Translations under genes and position numbers: made by a program | Part shown: positions 1-8,853 of the stretch, one piece after another | Layout of the letters: every line of letters begins with the position of its first letter | Position numbering within the stretch: the first letter of the stretch is position 1 | Notes under the pieces: generated by a model | Told to the model about the DNA's origin: nothing | Database searches by the model: none | Seen by the model: the letters and a program-made list of their open reading frames with translations, nothing else | NCBI GenBank assembly: GCA_027622375.1 | Contig: JAQCAB010000005.1 | Coordinates: 6,971-70,970 of the forward strand | From: Bacteroidota bacterium | Lineage (GTDB): Bacteria > Bacteroidota > Ignavibacteria > UBA10030 > UBA8401 | Length of the DNA stretch: 64,000 bases | Reading direction: 5' to 3'

Positions 1-62
1 GCTTTCCAGACTCAGTTTTCACCCAAAAAGAGAAACCTTAATATTTTTTAAACTATAGTTAC

Positions 63-91
63 TTGACATAGTATCATATTTTTTCTAAATT
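63..91 (+). promoter_or_regulatory. Putative sigma70-like promoter of the mntR-mntH operon (TTGACA, 17-nt spacer, TAAATT)
   Basis: TTGACA at 63-68, a 17-nt spacer, then TAAATT at 86-91, just upstream of the ATG at 110. Sequence pattern only. Confidence 0.4.
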
Positions 92-108
92 TAGGATAAC
101 CTAAATTT
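87..108. promoter_or_regulatory. Palindromic DtxR/MntR-type operator candidate
   Basis: Perfect 9-bp inverted arms AAATTTAGG (87-95) and CCTAAATTT (100-108) separated by ATAA. The TTAGG...CCTAA half sites resemble DtxR/IdeR-family boxes. The palindrome overlaps the -10 element and ends 1 nt before the mntR start. Confidence 0.5.
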
Positions 109-109
109 T

Positions 110-562
110 ATGTCAACTGTTAGTGTAGAAAATTACTTAAAAACCATTTATCATCTCCAGCAATCTACCGACAGAGTTTTTACAACTTCAATCGCAAAAA
201 AATTAAATATCGCGCCAGCATCTGTAACTGAAATGCTACAACGCCTATCTAAACAAGAATTATTGGTTTACGAAAAATATTACGGCGTTAAATTACTTGA
301 TTCGGGAATTAAACGAGCTTTAAAAATTATTCGCAAACATAGATTGTGGGAAATGTTTTTAGTAAAACATTTAGGTTTTAAAATAAATGAGATTCATGAA
401 GAAGCTGAAAATTTTGAACATATAATGTCAAATAAAATGGAAAATAAAATTGATGAGCTTTTAAATTTTCCAATTATAGATCCCCACGGCGAACCAATAC
501 CAAACAAAAATGGAATAATTAATAATTCTATAAAAATTAAAAATCGAAAAAAAATTAAATGA
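110..562 (+). CDS. mntR: DtxR/MntR-family metal-dependent transcriptional repressor
   Basis: N-terminal ENYLKTIYHL...IAKKLNIAPASVTEMLQRLSK winged-helix region followed by a RKHRLWEMFL dimerisation/metal-binding region. The stop overlaps the mntH start (ATGA). Confidence 0.85.
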   Translation: MSTVSVENYLKTIYHLQQSTDRVFTTSIAKKLNIAPASVTEMLQRLSKQELLVYEKYYGVKLLDSGIKRALKIIRKHRLWEMFLVKHLGFKINEIHEEAENFEHIMSNKMENKIDELLNFPIIDPHGEPIPNKNGIINNSIKIKNRKKIK

Positions 563-2451
563 AATTATTTAGACACGTTGATGCGGCTCGTCACTCTCTT
601 GATGAAGTACACTCAAGTGTTGATACAAATAAAAAAGGATTTTTCAGATCATTCCTTGCGTTTGCTGGTCCCGGATATCTAGTTAGTGTCGGTTATATGG
701 ATCCCGGAAATTGGGCAACAGATATTGCAGGTGGAAGCAAATTTGGTTTTACTTTAGTTTGGGTTTTACTCATGTCAAACTTGATGGCGGTTTTGCTACA
801 AAGTTTTTGTGCGCGCCTCGGAATTGTTTATGGAAAAGATTTAGCTCAAGCATCACGCGAACATTATCCAGCATTTATAAACATCCCTTTATATGTACTT
901 GCCGAAATTGCAATTGCTGCATGCGATTTAGCTGAAGTTTTAGGATTGGCAATTGGATTAAATCTTTTATTTGGAATTCCGCTTTTGTGGGGAGTTACAA
1001 TTGCACTTTTTGATTGCATTTTACTTTTAATGATTCTCCGACTTGGAATCAGAAAAATGGAAGCATTTATTATTTCGATGGTTTCAATTATCGGGATGTG
1101 TTTTGCTGTTGAAATGTTTTTTGCAAAACCTGAACCATTACAAATTTTAACTGGCATATTCCCTTCAATACCAAATGCTGAAGCACTTTACATTACTATG
1201 GGAATAATTGGTGCAACAGTAATGCCACACAATTTGTATTTACATTCTTCACTTGTTCAAACAAGGCGCTACTCTCAAGATGATGAAGGAAAACGCCGCG
1301 CATTAAGATTTAATATTTTTGATACTGCGCTTGCATTAAATTTTGCTCTTTTCATCAACGCATCAATTTTAATTTTAGCAGCTGTAGTTTTTCATGGGCG
1401 TGGTTTATATGAAATTGCAGATATTACTGACGCACACAAATTACTCGAGCCACTTTTAGGAACAAAACTTGCTCCAATTTTATTTGCAATTGCTTTAATT
1501 GCATCAGGGCAGAGTTCAACAATAACCGGAACCTTAGCCGGTCAAATTGTTATGGAAGGATATTTAAATTTAAGAATTGTTCCATGGCTCAGAAGATTGA
1601 TGACTCGGCTTTTTGCGGTTGTTCCGGCTTTTCTTGTAATTTATTTTATGGGGGATGATAAAACAGGAGATCTATTAATTTTAAGTCAAGTTATTTTATC
1701 CATTCAACTCGGGTTTGCGGTAATCCCGCTAATTCATTGGGTTAGCGATAAAAATAAAATGGGAAATTTTGTAATATCACCAACTTTAAAAATTTTAGCA
1801 TGGCTTGTTGCAATTATAATAATAACATTAAATGTAAAATTAGTTTATGAAGAGGAGGTAGTTTTTATTTCTTCACTCGGATTTAATTCTATTTGGGTTC
1901 CAATAATTTTAATATTATCAGCAGCAGCAGTTTTGCTACTTCTATATATAACTATTGAACCACTTCTCACTCGTAAATTAATTATTAAAGAAGTAGCTTT
2001 ACCACATAATATGATGAAAGAATTAAATATCGAATCATTAAAAAAATATTCAAATATTGCAGTTACAGTTGATTTTACTTCTGTTGATGAAAAGACAATT
2101 TCGTTTGCGTTAAAACAAGGGGGCAAATCTTCAACTTATAATTTAATTCATATTGTCGAGTCGGCTGGCGCAATATTTAGCGGAAGTAAATCCACCGATT
2201 TAGAATCAAGGGTTGATTTAAAATCACTTGAAAAATATTCTGAATCGTTAAAAGAAGCCGGTTACAAAACAAATGTTTTAATTGGTTATGGAGGTCGAGT
2301 TAAATCAATTGTAAAATTTGTGAGGGAAACAAACTCTGAAATTTTAGTTATGGGTGGTCACGGCCACAGAGGATTAAAAGATATTATTTTTGGTAGTACT
2401 GTTACAAATGTTCGTCATCGTTTAAATATTCCGGTAATAATTGTTAAATGA
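559..2451 (+). CDS. mntH: Nramp-family divalent metal (Mn/Fe) transporter fused to a C-terminal universal stress protein domain
   Basis: Nramp signatures GPGYLVSVGYMDPGNWATDIAGG and MPHNLYLHS. The C-terminal ~135 aa are USP-like (LVMGGHGHRGLKDIIFGSTVTNV...PVIIVK) and match the G-2x-G-9x-G(S/T) ATP-binding motif. Confidence 0.9.
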   Translation: MKLFRHVDAARHSLDEVHSSVDTNKKGFFRSFLAFAGPGYLVSVGYMDPGNWATDIAGGSKFGFTLVWVLLMSNLMAVLLQSFCARLGIVYGKDLAQASREHYPAFINIPLYVLAEIAIAACDLAEVLGLAIGLNLLFGIPLLWGVTIALFDCILLLMILRLGIRKMEAFIISMVSIIGMCFAVEMFFAKPEPLQILTGIFPSIPNAEALYITMGIIGATVMPHNLYLHSSLVQTRRYSQDDEGKRRALRFNIFDTALALNFALFINASILILAAVVFHGRGLYEIADITDAHKLLEPLLGTKLAPILFAIALIASGQSSTITGTLAGQIVMEGYLNLRIVPWLRRLMTRLFAVVPAFLVIYFMGDDKTGDLLILSQVILSIQLGFAVIPLIHWVSDKNKMGNFVISPTLKILAWLVAIIIITLNVKLVYEEEVVFISSLGFNSIWVPIILILSAAAVLLLLYITIEPLLTRKLIIKEVALPHNMMKELNIESLKKYSNIAVTVDFTSVDEKTISFALKQGGKSSTYNLIHIVESAGAIFSGSKSTDLESRVDLKSLEKYSESLKEAGYKTNVLIGYGGRVKSIVKFVRETNSEILVMGGHGHRGLKDIIFGSTVTNVRHRLNIPVIIVK

Positions 2452-3146
2452 TTAAGTTTTTTTGGCTTATTATTTTTTTAATAAATATTCTAACTGCTCA
2501 AGATTTCGGGAAAGCAATTGAGGATAATTCATTTTTAATTGAAGAAGGAATTAATCAAGAAGATGGAGTTGTTCAACATATTTCTCTTTTTGATTTTCAA
2601 GAGAATGATAAATTTTTTTCTTTTACACAAGAGTGGCCAATATTATCACAAACACATCAATTAAGTTATACTATAATAGCTAATAACGATTCTAAGTTTT
2701 TACAAGAATTTGGGATTAATTATCGATATCAAATAAATACAGGTATTGCGAATTTGAAGTTTGCTCCACGCTTTTCTTATTTCAAAAATTTTAGGGATGA
2801 TTTAAATTCATCACTTCAAATAAATTTGCCAGCATCATTCCGAGCTTCTGAAAAGTTTTATTTTCATATTAATCTCGGTTCTAATTTATTAAAAAATAAA
2901 TCTACCAAAACATTCTTATCCTCAAGCACAATTTATTTATTTAATGAGACTTTGAATTTACTTTCCGAAATAATAATTGAAAAAGTAGAAAATAAATTTA
3001 GTTATACAATTAATCCGGGATTCCGAAGCGCAATAAACTTAAATGATTTACAAGTTGTTTGGGGTTTAGCTATTCCGATCGAATTACAAAATAAAACTAA
3101 TAAACGAGTTTTATTTTATCTTTCGTTTGAGCATCCATTTAATTAA
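2448..3146 (+). CDS. Secreted beta-rich hypothetical protein (possible small outer-membrane barrel), translationally coupled to mntH
   Basis: Signal-peptide-like N-terminus (MIKFFWLIIFLINILTAQ), alternating hydrophobic/polar strands, and the C-terminus ...LSFEHPFN. ATGA overlap with the mntH stop. Confidence 0.6.
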   Translation: MIKFFWLIIFLINILTAQDFGKAIEDNSFLIEEGINQEDGVVQHISLFDFQENDKFFSFTQEWPILSQTHQLSYTIIANNDSKFLQEFGINYRYQINTGIANLKFAPRFSYFKNFRDDLNSSLQINLPASFRASEKFYFHINLGSNLLKNKSTKTFLSSSTIYLFNETLNLLSEIIIEKVENKFSYTINPGFRSAINLNDLQVVWGLAIPIELQNKTNKRVLFYLSFEHPFN

Positions 3147-3160
3147 TTTTTTTGGGATTT

Positions 3161-3748
3161 TTACAACGGATTTAATAACTCAACAGCTTTATTAAATGCA
3201 AATGAGCGGTGGCTAAAAATATTTTTTTCTTTTAAATCCATTTCGGCATAAGTTTTATTACTACCATTTGGAATAAAAATAGAATCATATCCAAATCCAT
3301 TTTTTCCGCGTGGCTCTTCAATAATTATTCCTTCAATAAATCCTTCACAAGTTTTTAATATTCCCGAATCAACAATAGCAACCGAAGTTCTAAATTTTGC
3401 ATTTCTTCTACGTGGTGCAACACCTTTTAGACTCTTCAAAAGTTTTTCAACATTATCTTGATAAGTAGCATTTTCCCCAGCATATCTTGCAGAATAAACC
3501 CCCGGCTCCATATTTAAATAATAAACCTCAAGTCCAGTATCATCTGCCAATGTTAAAACGTTTGTTGCTTGGAATACTTCTTTTGCTTTTTTTATAGAGT
3601 TTCCTTCGAGTGTATTTTTATCTTCAATTATATTTGGAATATTTTGGAAGTCAAATAACGATTTTATTTTATATAAATCTTTAGGAAGCAACTGAACAAT
3701 TTCGCGAAGTTTATCCCGGTTTTTTGTAGCAATTACAAGCTCTTTCAT
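3161..3748 (-). CDS. rdgB: RdgB/HAM1-family non-canonical purine NTP pyrophosphatase
   Basis: Motifs IATKNRDKLRE, DDTGLEV, SARYAG, GFGYDSIF and SHRSFAF. Confidence 0.9.
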   Translation of the reverse strand: MKELVIATKNRDKLREIVQLLPKDLYKIKSLFDFQNIPNIIEDKNTLEGNSIKKAKEVFQATNVLTLADDTGLEVYYLNMEPGVYSARYAGENATYQDNVEKLLKSLKGVAPRRRNAKFRTSVAIVDSGILKTCEGFIEGIIIEEPRGKNGFGYDSIFIPNGSNKTYAEMDLKEKNIFSHRSFAFNKAVELLNPL

Positions 3749-3751
3749 AAT

Positions 3752-5104
3752 CTATTTAAAAAGAAAATCAATAATATTTTTAAGATTTCGGGCTTCAATA
3801 ATTTGAATTTTTTTAGATTTAAAAACTTTTCCATTTTTTTCAGGTAAAATTATTTTTTTAAATCCTAGTTTCTCAGCTTCTTGAATTCTTCTCTCCATTT
3901 GTGGAATTGTTCTAATTTCACCACCCAATCCAACCTCACCAATTATGACACTATCTTGAGAAATTGGTTTATCTGTTAAAGAAGAAACAATTGCGCAAAT
4001 AATTCCTAAATCAGCAGCAGGTTCATCAATTTTAATTCCACCGGCAATATTTATAAAGCAATCATGCGTTCCAACTTTGTAACCCAATCTCTTTTCCAAA
4101 ACCGCCAACAACATTTGTAATCTTCGCAAATCAAATCCGGTAACAGTTCGTTGAGGCATTCCATAATTTGTTGGAGTAACAAGTGCTTGAACTTCAACAA
4201 GAATTGGACGCGTGCCTTCAAGACTTGCAACAACTGCCGAGCCAGAAATATTTCGTGATCGGTTTGTTAAAAATATTTCTGACGGATTTTCAACTTCTTG
4301 TAACCCATTTTCTCGCATTTCAAAAATTCCAATTTCATTTGTTGAGCCAAATCTATTTTTTAAACATCTCAAAATTCTAAATGCATAATGTTTTTCCCCT
4401 TCAAATTGTAAAACCGTATCAACCATGTGTTCAATTACTCGGGGGCCTGCAATTGATCCATCTTTTGTTACATGTCCAACTAACAAAACTGAAATATTTT
4501 TTTCTTTTGCAATTTTTGTAATTAATGCTGTTGACTCGCGAACTTGGGCAATGCTACCTGGTGCTGATTCCAAAAGTGGATAATAAATTGTTTGTATCGA
4601 GTCCACTATTACAATTGACGGTAATTCTCTTTCGATAACCTCGGATATAATATCCAAATTGGTTTCTGCAAGAAGATGTAAATTTCCTAATTTTGTAGAA
4701 AGTCGTTCCATTCTTAATTTTATTTGTTGAATGGATTCTTCTCCTGTTACATATAAAACTTTTCCTTGTTCAATTCCTTCTGCAATTTGAAGCATTAATG
4801 TAGATTTGCCAATTCCTGGATCTCCCCCAATTAATATAACCGAGCCTGAAACTATTCCACCTCCAACTACTCTATCAAACTCTCCGATTTTTGAATGGAA
4901 CCGAATATCTTTTTGTGTTTCAATTTCATGAATTGATATTGAAGAAATATTAGATTTAAATGATGTTGATTTTGTTTTTCTTGATTGAACCACTTCTTCA
5001 ACAAAGCAGTTCCAATTATTGCAATTTGGGCATTTCCCAACCCAACGAGGAGACAAATATCCACATTGCTGGCATAAATATTTTGTAATAAGTTTTGGGC
5101 TCAA
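3752..5104 (-). CDS. radA: DNA repair protein RadA/Sms
   Basis: N-terminal zinc finger CQQCGY...CPNCNNWN, Walker A GDPGIGKST, KNRFG motif and a Lon-like C-terminal domain. Confidence 0.95.
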   Translation of the reverse strand: MSPKLITKYLCQQCGYLSPRWVGKCPNCNNWNCFVEEVVQSRKTKSTSFKSNISSISIHEIETQKDIRFHSKIGEFDRVVGGGIVSGSVILIGGDPGIGKSTLMLQIAEGIEQGKVLYVTGEESIQQIKLRMERLSTKLGNLHLLAETNLDIISEVIERELPSIVIVDSIQTIYYPLLESAPGSIAQVRESTALITKIAKEKNISVLLVGHVTKDGSIAGPRVIEHMVDTVLQFEGEKHYAFRILRCLKNRFGSTNEIGIFEMRENGLQEVENPSEIFLTNRSRNISGSAVVASLEGTRPILVEVQALVTPTNYGMPQRTVTGFDLRRLQMLLAVLEKRLGYKVGTHDCFINIAGGIKIDEPAADLGIICAIVSSLTDKPISQDSVIIGEVGLGGEIRTIPQMERRIQEAEKLGFKKIILPEKNGKVFKSKKIQIIEARNLKNIIDFLFK

Positions 5105-6381
5105 TTTTGAACTCCAATATAATCAAGAAGAAATAAACTTAACTGAGGAACATAAGTAATTACTAAAAGTGAAATTAATAATGTTATTATAAATGGCAAT
5201 ACTGCGATTGTAATATTTGCAATTGATTTTTTAAAACGGAAACTTGAAATAAATAAATTTAATCCCACTGGTGGGGTTAAATAACCAATTTCAAGATTGG
5301 TTAAAAATATAATTCCAAGATGAACAGGGTCAATTCCATAAAGTTTTGCAACAGGGATAATTAACGGCACAACAACAATTATTGCAGAAAATATATCCAT
5401 CATCATTCCCACTATTAATAAAAATATATTTAGAATTACTAAAAATAATATTTTACTTGTGATTAATTGTGAAATTACTTCAAATAATTTTTGCGGCACT
5501 TCTTGATCAATGAAATAACTGGTTAATCCCATTGCTGAAGCTAAAATCATAAATATCGCACCAACAAGAACTACGCTTTCAACCATTATTTTTGGAATAT
5601 CTGTTGTTAATTTTAAATCTTTATAAATAAAAACTTCTACAATAAAAACATAAACTACAGTAATTGAAGCTGCTTCCGTTGGTGTAAACCATCCGTTATA
5701 AATACCTGAAATAATAATTATTGGTAGTGGGATTTCCCAAATTGAATCTTTAATTGCGTTATTTAAATTTTTAAAACTAAATGGAATTTTATCAACTTTT
5801 TCTACAATCCCTTCGCGAATAGAATAAATTGAAAGCGCAAGTATAAGTAAAAATCCTGGAAGTAATCCAGCTATAAAAAGTTTATCAATCGAAACTTCAC
5901 TTACAATTCCGTAAAGAATTAATGGCAAGCTTGGTGGAAAAAGTAAACCTAAACTTCCGGAAGTTGTAATAAGTCCGAGTGTAAATTTTTCTTTATATTT
6001 TTCAGAAATTAAAATTGGATGCAACAAACCACCAAGCGCAACAATTGTAATTCCCGATCCACCGGTGAATGCTGTAAAAACAGCGCAAGTAATTAAAACA
6101 ACAATTGCTAATCCTCCCGGCAACCAACCAATAATCGCTTGAGTTAAATTTACAAGTCGTTTTGGTGCTTTACTTTCGGCAAGTAAATATCCACTTAAAG
6201 TAAAAAGTGGAATTGCAAGTAAAACTGGTTGACTTGCTAGCCGATAAAGTTCAACAATTATTACTGCGAGGTCTATTTCGAGATTTGTAAATCCTAAAAT
6301 TGCAAATGATGCAATAATTGTAAATAGTGGCGCGCCAATTAAGAACAAAAATATTATTACAAGAATAATTAATAATGTCAT
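5101..6381 (-). CDS. dctM: TRAP transporter large permease subunit (DctM family)
   Basis: Polytopic ~425-aa membrane protein with a typical DctM layout. I prefer the start at the internal Met (MTLLIIL...) because it gives an ATGA overlap with the dctQ stop. The ORF track extends it to 6405. Confidence 0.85.
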   Translation of the reverse strand: MTLLIILVIIFLFLIGAPLFTIIASFAILGFTNLEIDLAVIIVELYRLASQPVLLAIPLFTLSGYLLAESKAPKRLVNLTQAIIGWLPGGLAIVVLITCAVFTAFTGGSGITIVALGGLLHPILISEKYKEKFTLGLITTSGSLGLLFPPSLPLILYGIVSEVSIDKLFIAGLLPGFLLILALSIYSIREGIVEKVDKIPFSFKNLNNAIKDSIWEIPLPIIIISGIYNGWFTPTEAASITVVYVFIVEVFIYKDLKLTTDIPKIMVESVVLVGAIFMILASAMGLTSYFIDQEVPQKLFEVISQLITSKILFLVILNIFLLIVGMMMDIFSAIIVVVPLIIPVAKLYGIDPVHLGIIFLTNLEIGYLTPPVGLNLFISSFRFKKSIANITIAVLPFIITLLISLLVITYVPQLSLFLLDYIGVQN

Positions 6382-6890
6382 TGGTGAGTTTCTGGTATTG
6401 ACCAATTTTTATTAACTACTTCAATTGTCCGATTTATAACAATTAAAATAAAACGGAATGCAATAATTAAATATCCAATTGGAATTACTAAAATAAAATA
6501 CCAACGAGGAATATTTAAAAATAATATTTCAGCAGTTTCAATTTCAAGTTGCAAAAAATTATATGATGCATAAAATAAAACAATACAAATAAAAGCCGCA
6601 AAAATTGAAACAACAATTGATAATAATTTTTTAACTTTCTGTGATATAAATTTTGTAATTACTTCAACGCTTATATGTCGATTTTCAGATGTTGCAACAA
6701 CTGCACCTAATAAACCAATCCACAAAACTAAATGTCTTAAAAATGTATCTCCCCACTCGATTCCTGTTCCGTAAAAATTGCGCATTAATATTTGTAAAAA
6801 TGAAAGTACAATCATCAGGCTCATTATTAAAACAATCATCCACTTTGTTAAAATGGAAATTGATTTATCAAGTGATTTTAAAAAAAACAT
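6378..6890 (-). CDS. dctQ: TRAP transporter small permease subunit (DctQ family)
   Basis: 170 aa with four hydrophobic segments, lying between the DctP and DctM genes. Confidence 0.75.
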   Translation of the reverse strand: MFFLKSLDKSISILTKWMIVLIMSLMIVLSFLQILMRNFYGTGIEWGDTFLRHLVLWIGLLGAVVATSENRHISVEVITKFISQKVKKLLSIVVSIFAAFICIVLFYASYNFLQLEIETAEILFLNIPRWYFILVIPIGYLIIAFRFILIVINRTIEVVNKNWSIPETHQ

Positions 6891-7888
6891 TATTTAGATA
6901 AAATTTTATTTTGACGGAATTCTGAAATTGAATTTTCAACTCTGGTCAAAAATTCGCCCTCATATAACTTCCCTACCAACATTTTGCGAGCATTTTTACC
7001 AATTTCATCACAATATTTTTTTTCTTGATCAGATGAAAGTTGTGTAAAAATTATTTTTGCATTTTTTAATGATTGCAATGATTTCCGATTATCTTCACGG
7101 CTTTGCTCGGTAAGTTTGCGCATGTAAATTTTTCCATTTCGAATTAATATTTGTTGAAGATCGGGAGTTAATTTATCAAACTCTTTTTTTGAAATTATAA
7201 TCGAGCCAGATGCATTTGCGAGTGGAAAATCGAGCATATATTTTACAGTTGTAAACCATTGCAATGAAATTGCAGCAAGTGGTGAAGTATAAAACCCATC
7301 AACTAAATTTGTTTGTAATGAAGTCATTACATCTGTAATTGAAAGTGGAATAAAATTTGCATTTAAAGATTTAAATGTTGCTTCGGCAACCGGATCTCCT
7401 TCCCACGACCACATTTTAATCCCTTTAAGATCTTTAATTTGTTTTATCGGATTGTTTGAAAAAGTATAAACAAAACCAACTTCAGCCCAACCAAGTAAAA
7501 TAAAATTTTCATCTAAAAATGATTTTGCAAATTCATCTTCATGTTTTTGTAAAATAAAATCTACTTCCGAATAATTTCTGAAAAGAAATGGTGTGTCCAA
7601 AATTCTCACAATTGGAGAAATCTCTCCCATTCCAACTCCTGTAATGCCAGCACTATGATATTGGCCTAAACGAATTTTTCGAATTACATCTTTTTCATCT
7701 CCTGCAATTCCACCGGGATAAATTTTAAATCCAAGTTTTCCACCACTTTCTTTTCTAATTGCTGCATCAAACTCTCGCATTACCGAAATCCAAGTACTAC
7801 CTTCTGGCGCTAGTGTCGCAAATTTTATAATGTGTTGCTGCGCAAATAATTGGATTGACAAAAATAAAATTAATAAAAATATCTTCAT
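6890..7888 (-). CDS. dctP: TRAP transporter periplasmic substrate-binding protein (DctP / TatP(T)-type)
   Basis: Signal peptide followed by IKFATLAPEGSTW..., typical of the DctP family. Sits directly upstream of dctQM. Confidence 0.85.
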   Translation of the reverse strand: MKIFLLILFLSIQLFAQQHIIKFATLAPEGSTWISVMREFDAAIRKESGGKLGFKIYPGGIAGDEKDVIRKIRLGQYHSAGITGVGMGEISPIVRILDTPFLFRNYSEVDFILQKHEDEFAKSFLDENFILLGWAEVGFVYTFSNNPIKQIKDLKGIKMWSWEGDPVAEATFKSLNANFIPLSITDVMTSLQTNLVDGFYTSPLAAISLQWFTTVKYMLDFPLANASGSIIISKKEFDKLTPDLQQILIRNGKIYMRKLTEQSREDNRKSLQSLKNAKIIFTQLSSDQEKKYCDEIGKNARKMLVGKLYEGEFLTRVENSISEFRQNKILSK

Positions 7889-8757
7889 TCAAAAAGTTCC
7901 TCTTTATTTTCCAACAAAATTTTTGCTTTCTTTTTTGCAATAGCATTTATTAAACGATATTCCGGCAATAAATCTATTGAGGCTGAAATTGTATTATCTA
8001 AAAGCGATGTAAATAATTCTTTGTTTTGTGTTTGCACAGCATAACTTTTTGCGAAATAAATATTTGTCAGTAAAAATTTATTTTTGCTGATTGAAATTGC
8101 TTTTTCAAAATGAGATTTAGATAAATCAGGATTTCCACCTAAAACACGTGGTTGTGTTGCAAGGATCGTTCCAAAATAAATATGCGCGCCACCATTAAAA
8201 TATCTTTCATTATTCTTTAAAACAAATTGCATCATTGTATTAACTTTGTACAAATCTTTTATTATTTCAGGATCGTTTAAACTTAAATTTATTAAATTTC
8301 CCCAGGCATTTGCGGTCCAAAAAATTAAAGGAACATCTTCTTCCGAAAAATTTTGAAGTGTATTTTTAAATCCATTTAAATTTTCATTGAAATGCATTTT
8401 AAAATGTGAATCCTTTTTTAAAACATTTAAACCAATTTCAATTGCTTTTGTATATAATTTTTTTGCTCTTTCAGGATCAATGTCTTCCACAAAACCCAAA
8501 GTATAACCTGTGTATCCTTCAATTAATAAAAGTGCAATTTTTTTATTTTCTGGATCAGTTTTATGAAATCCCTCAAGTAACGTTAAATTTGCTGGCAGTG
8601 ATTTTTCGGCATATTCCAAATCTCCAACTTCAAAAAGTGTTTGTACGCTATTATCTAATATATCTTCAGTTAAACTTACAGTAAACGCAGAAAATGAACA
8701 TCCAAAATTAACAAATGTGGCCAATATTAATAAAAATTTGATAACTTGCTGTTTCAT
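7885..8757 (-). CDS. tatT: TRAP transporter TatT-component family TPR lipoprotein
   Basis: Lipobox FGCS. Helical TPR-like protein with TatT-like segments (LPANLTLLEG..., DPERAKKLYTKAIEIG, GGNPDLSKSHFEKAI, LINAIAKKKAKILL). ATGA overlap with dctP. Confidence 0.7.
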   Translation of the reverse strand: MKQQVIKFLLILATFVNFGCSFSAFTVSLTEDILDNSVQTLFEVGDLEYAEKSLPANLTLLEGFHKTDPENKKIALLLIEGYTGYTLGFVEDIDPERAKKLYTKAIEIGLNVLKKDSHFKMHFNENLNGFKNTLQNFSEEDVPLIFWTANAWGNLINLSLNDPEIIKDLYKVNTMMQFVLKNNERYFNGGAHIYFGTILATQPRVLGGNPDLSKSHFEKAISISKNKFLLTNIYFAKSYAVQTQNKELFTSLLDNTISASIDLLPEYRLINAIAKKKAKILLENKEELFE

Positions 8758-8853
8758 AAAAAAAAATATAAAAATAAAGGACTAATTACAATTAACATAT
8801 ATTGATTTAAAAAATTAATACTCATAGTTTCAGATAATTATTTAAAAGCCGAC

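Noticed and set aside
6382-6405. Eight extra N-terminal codons of dctM
   Set aside because: The Met at 6381 forms an ATGA overlap with the dctQ stop, like the other junctions in this operon. The longer form is possible but less parsimonious.
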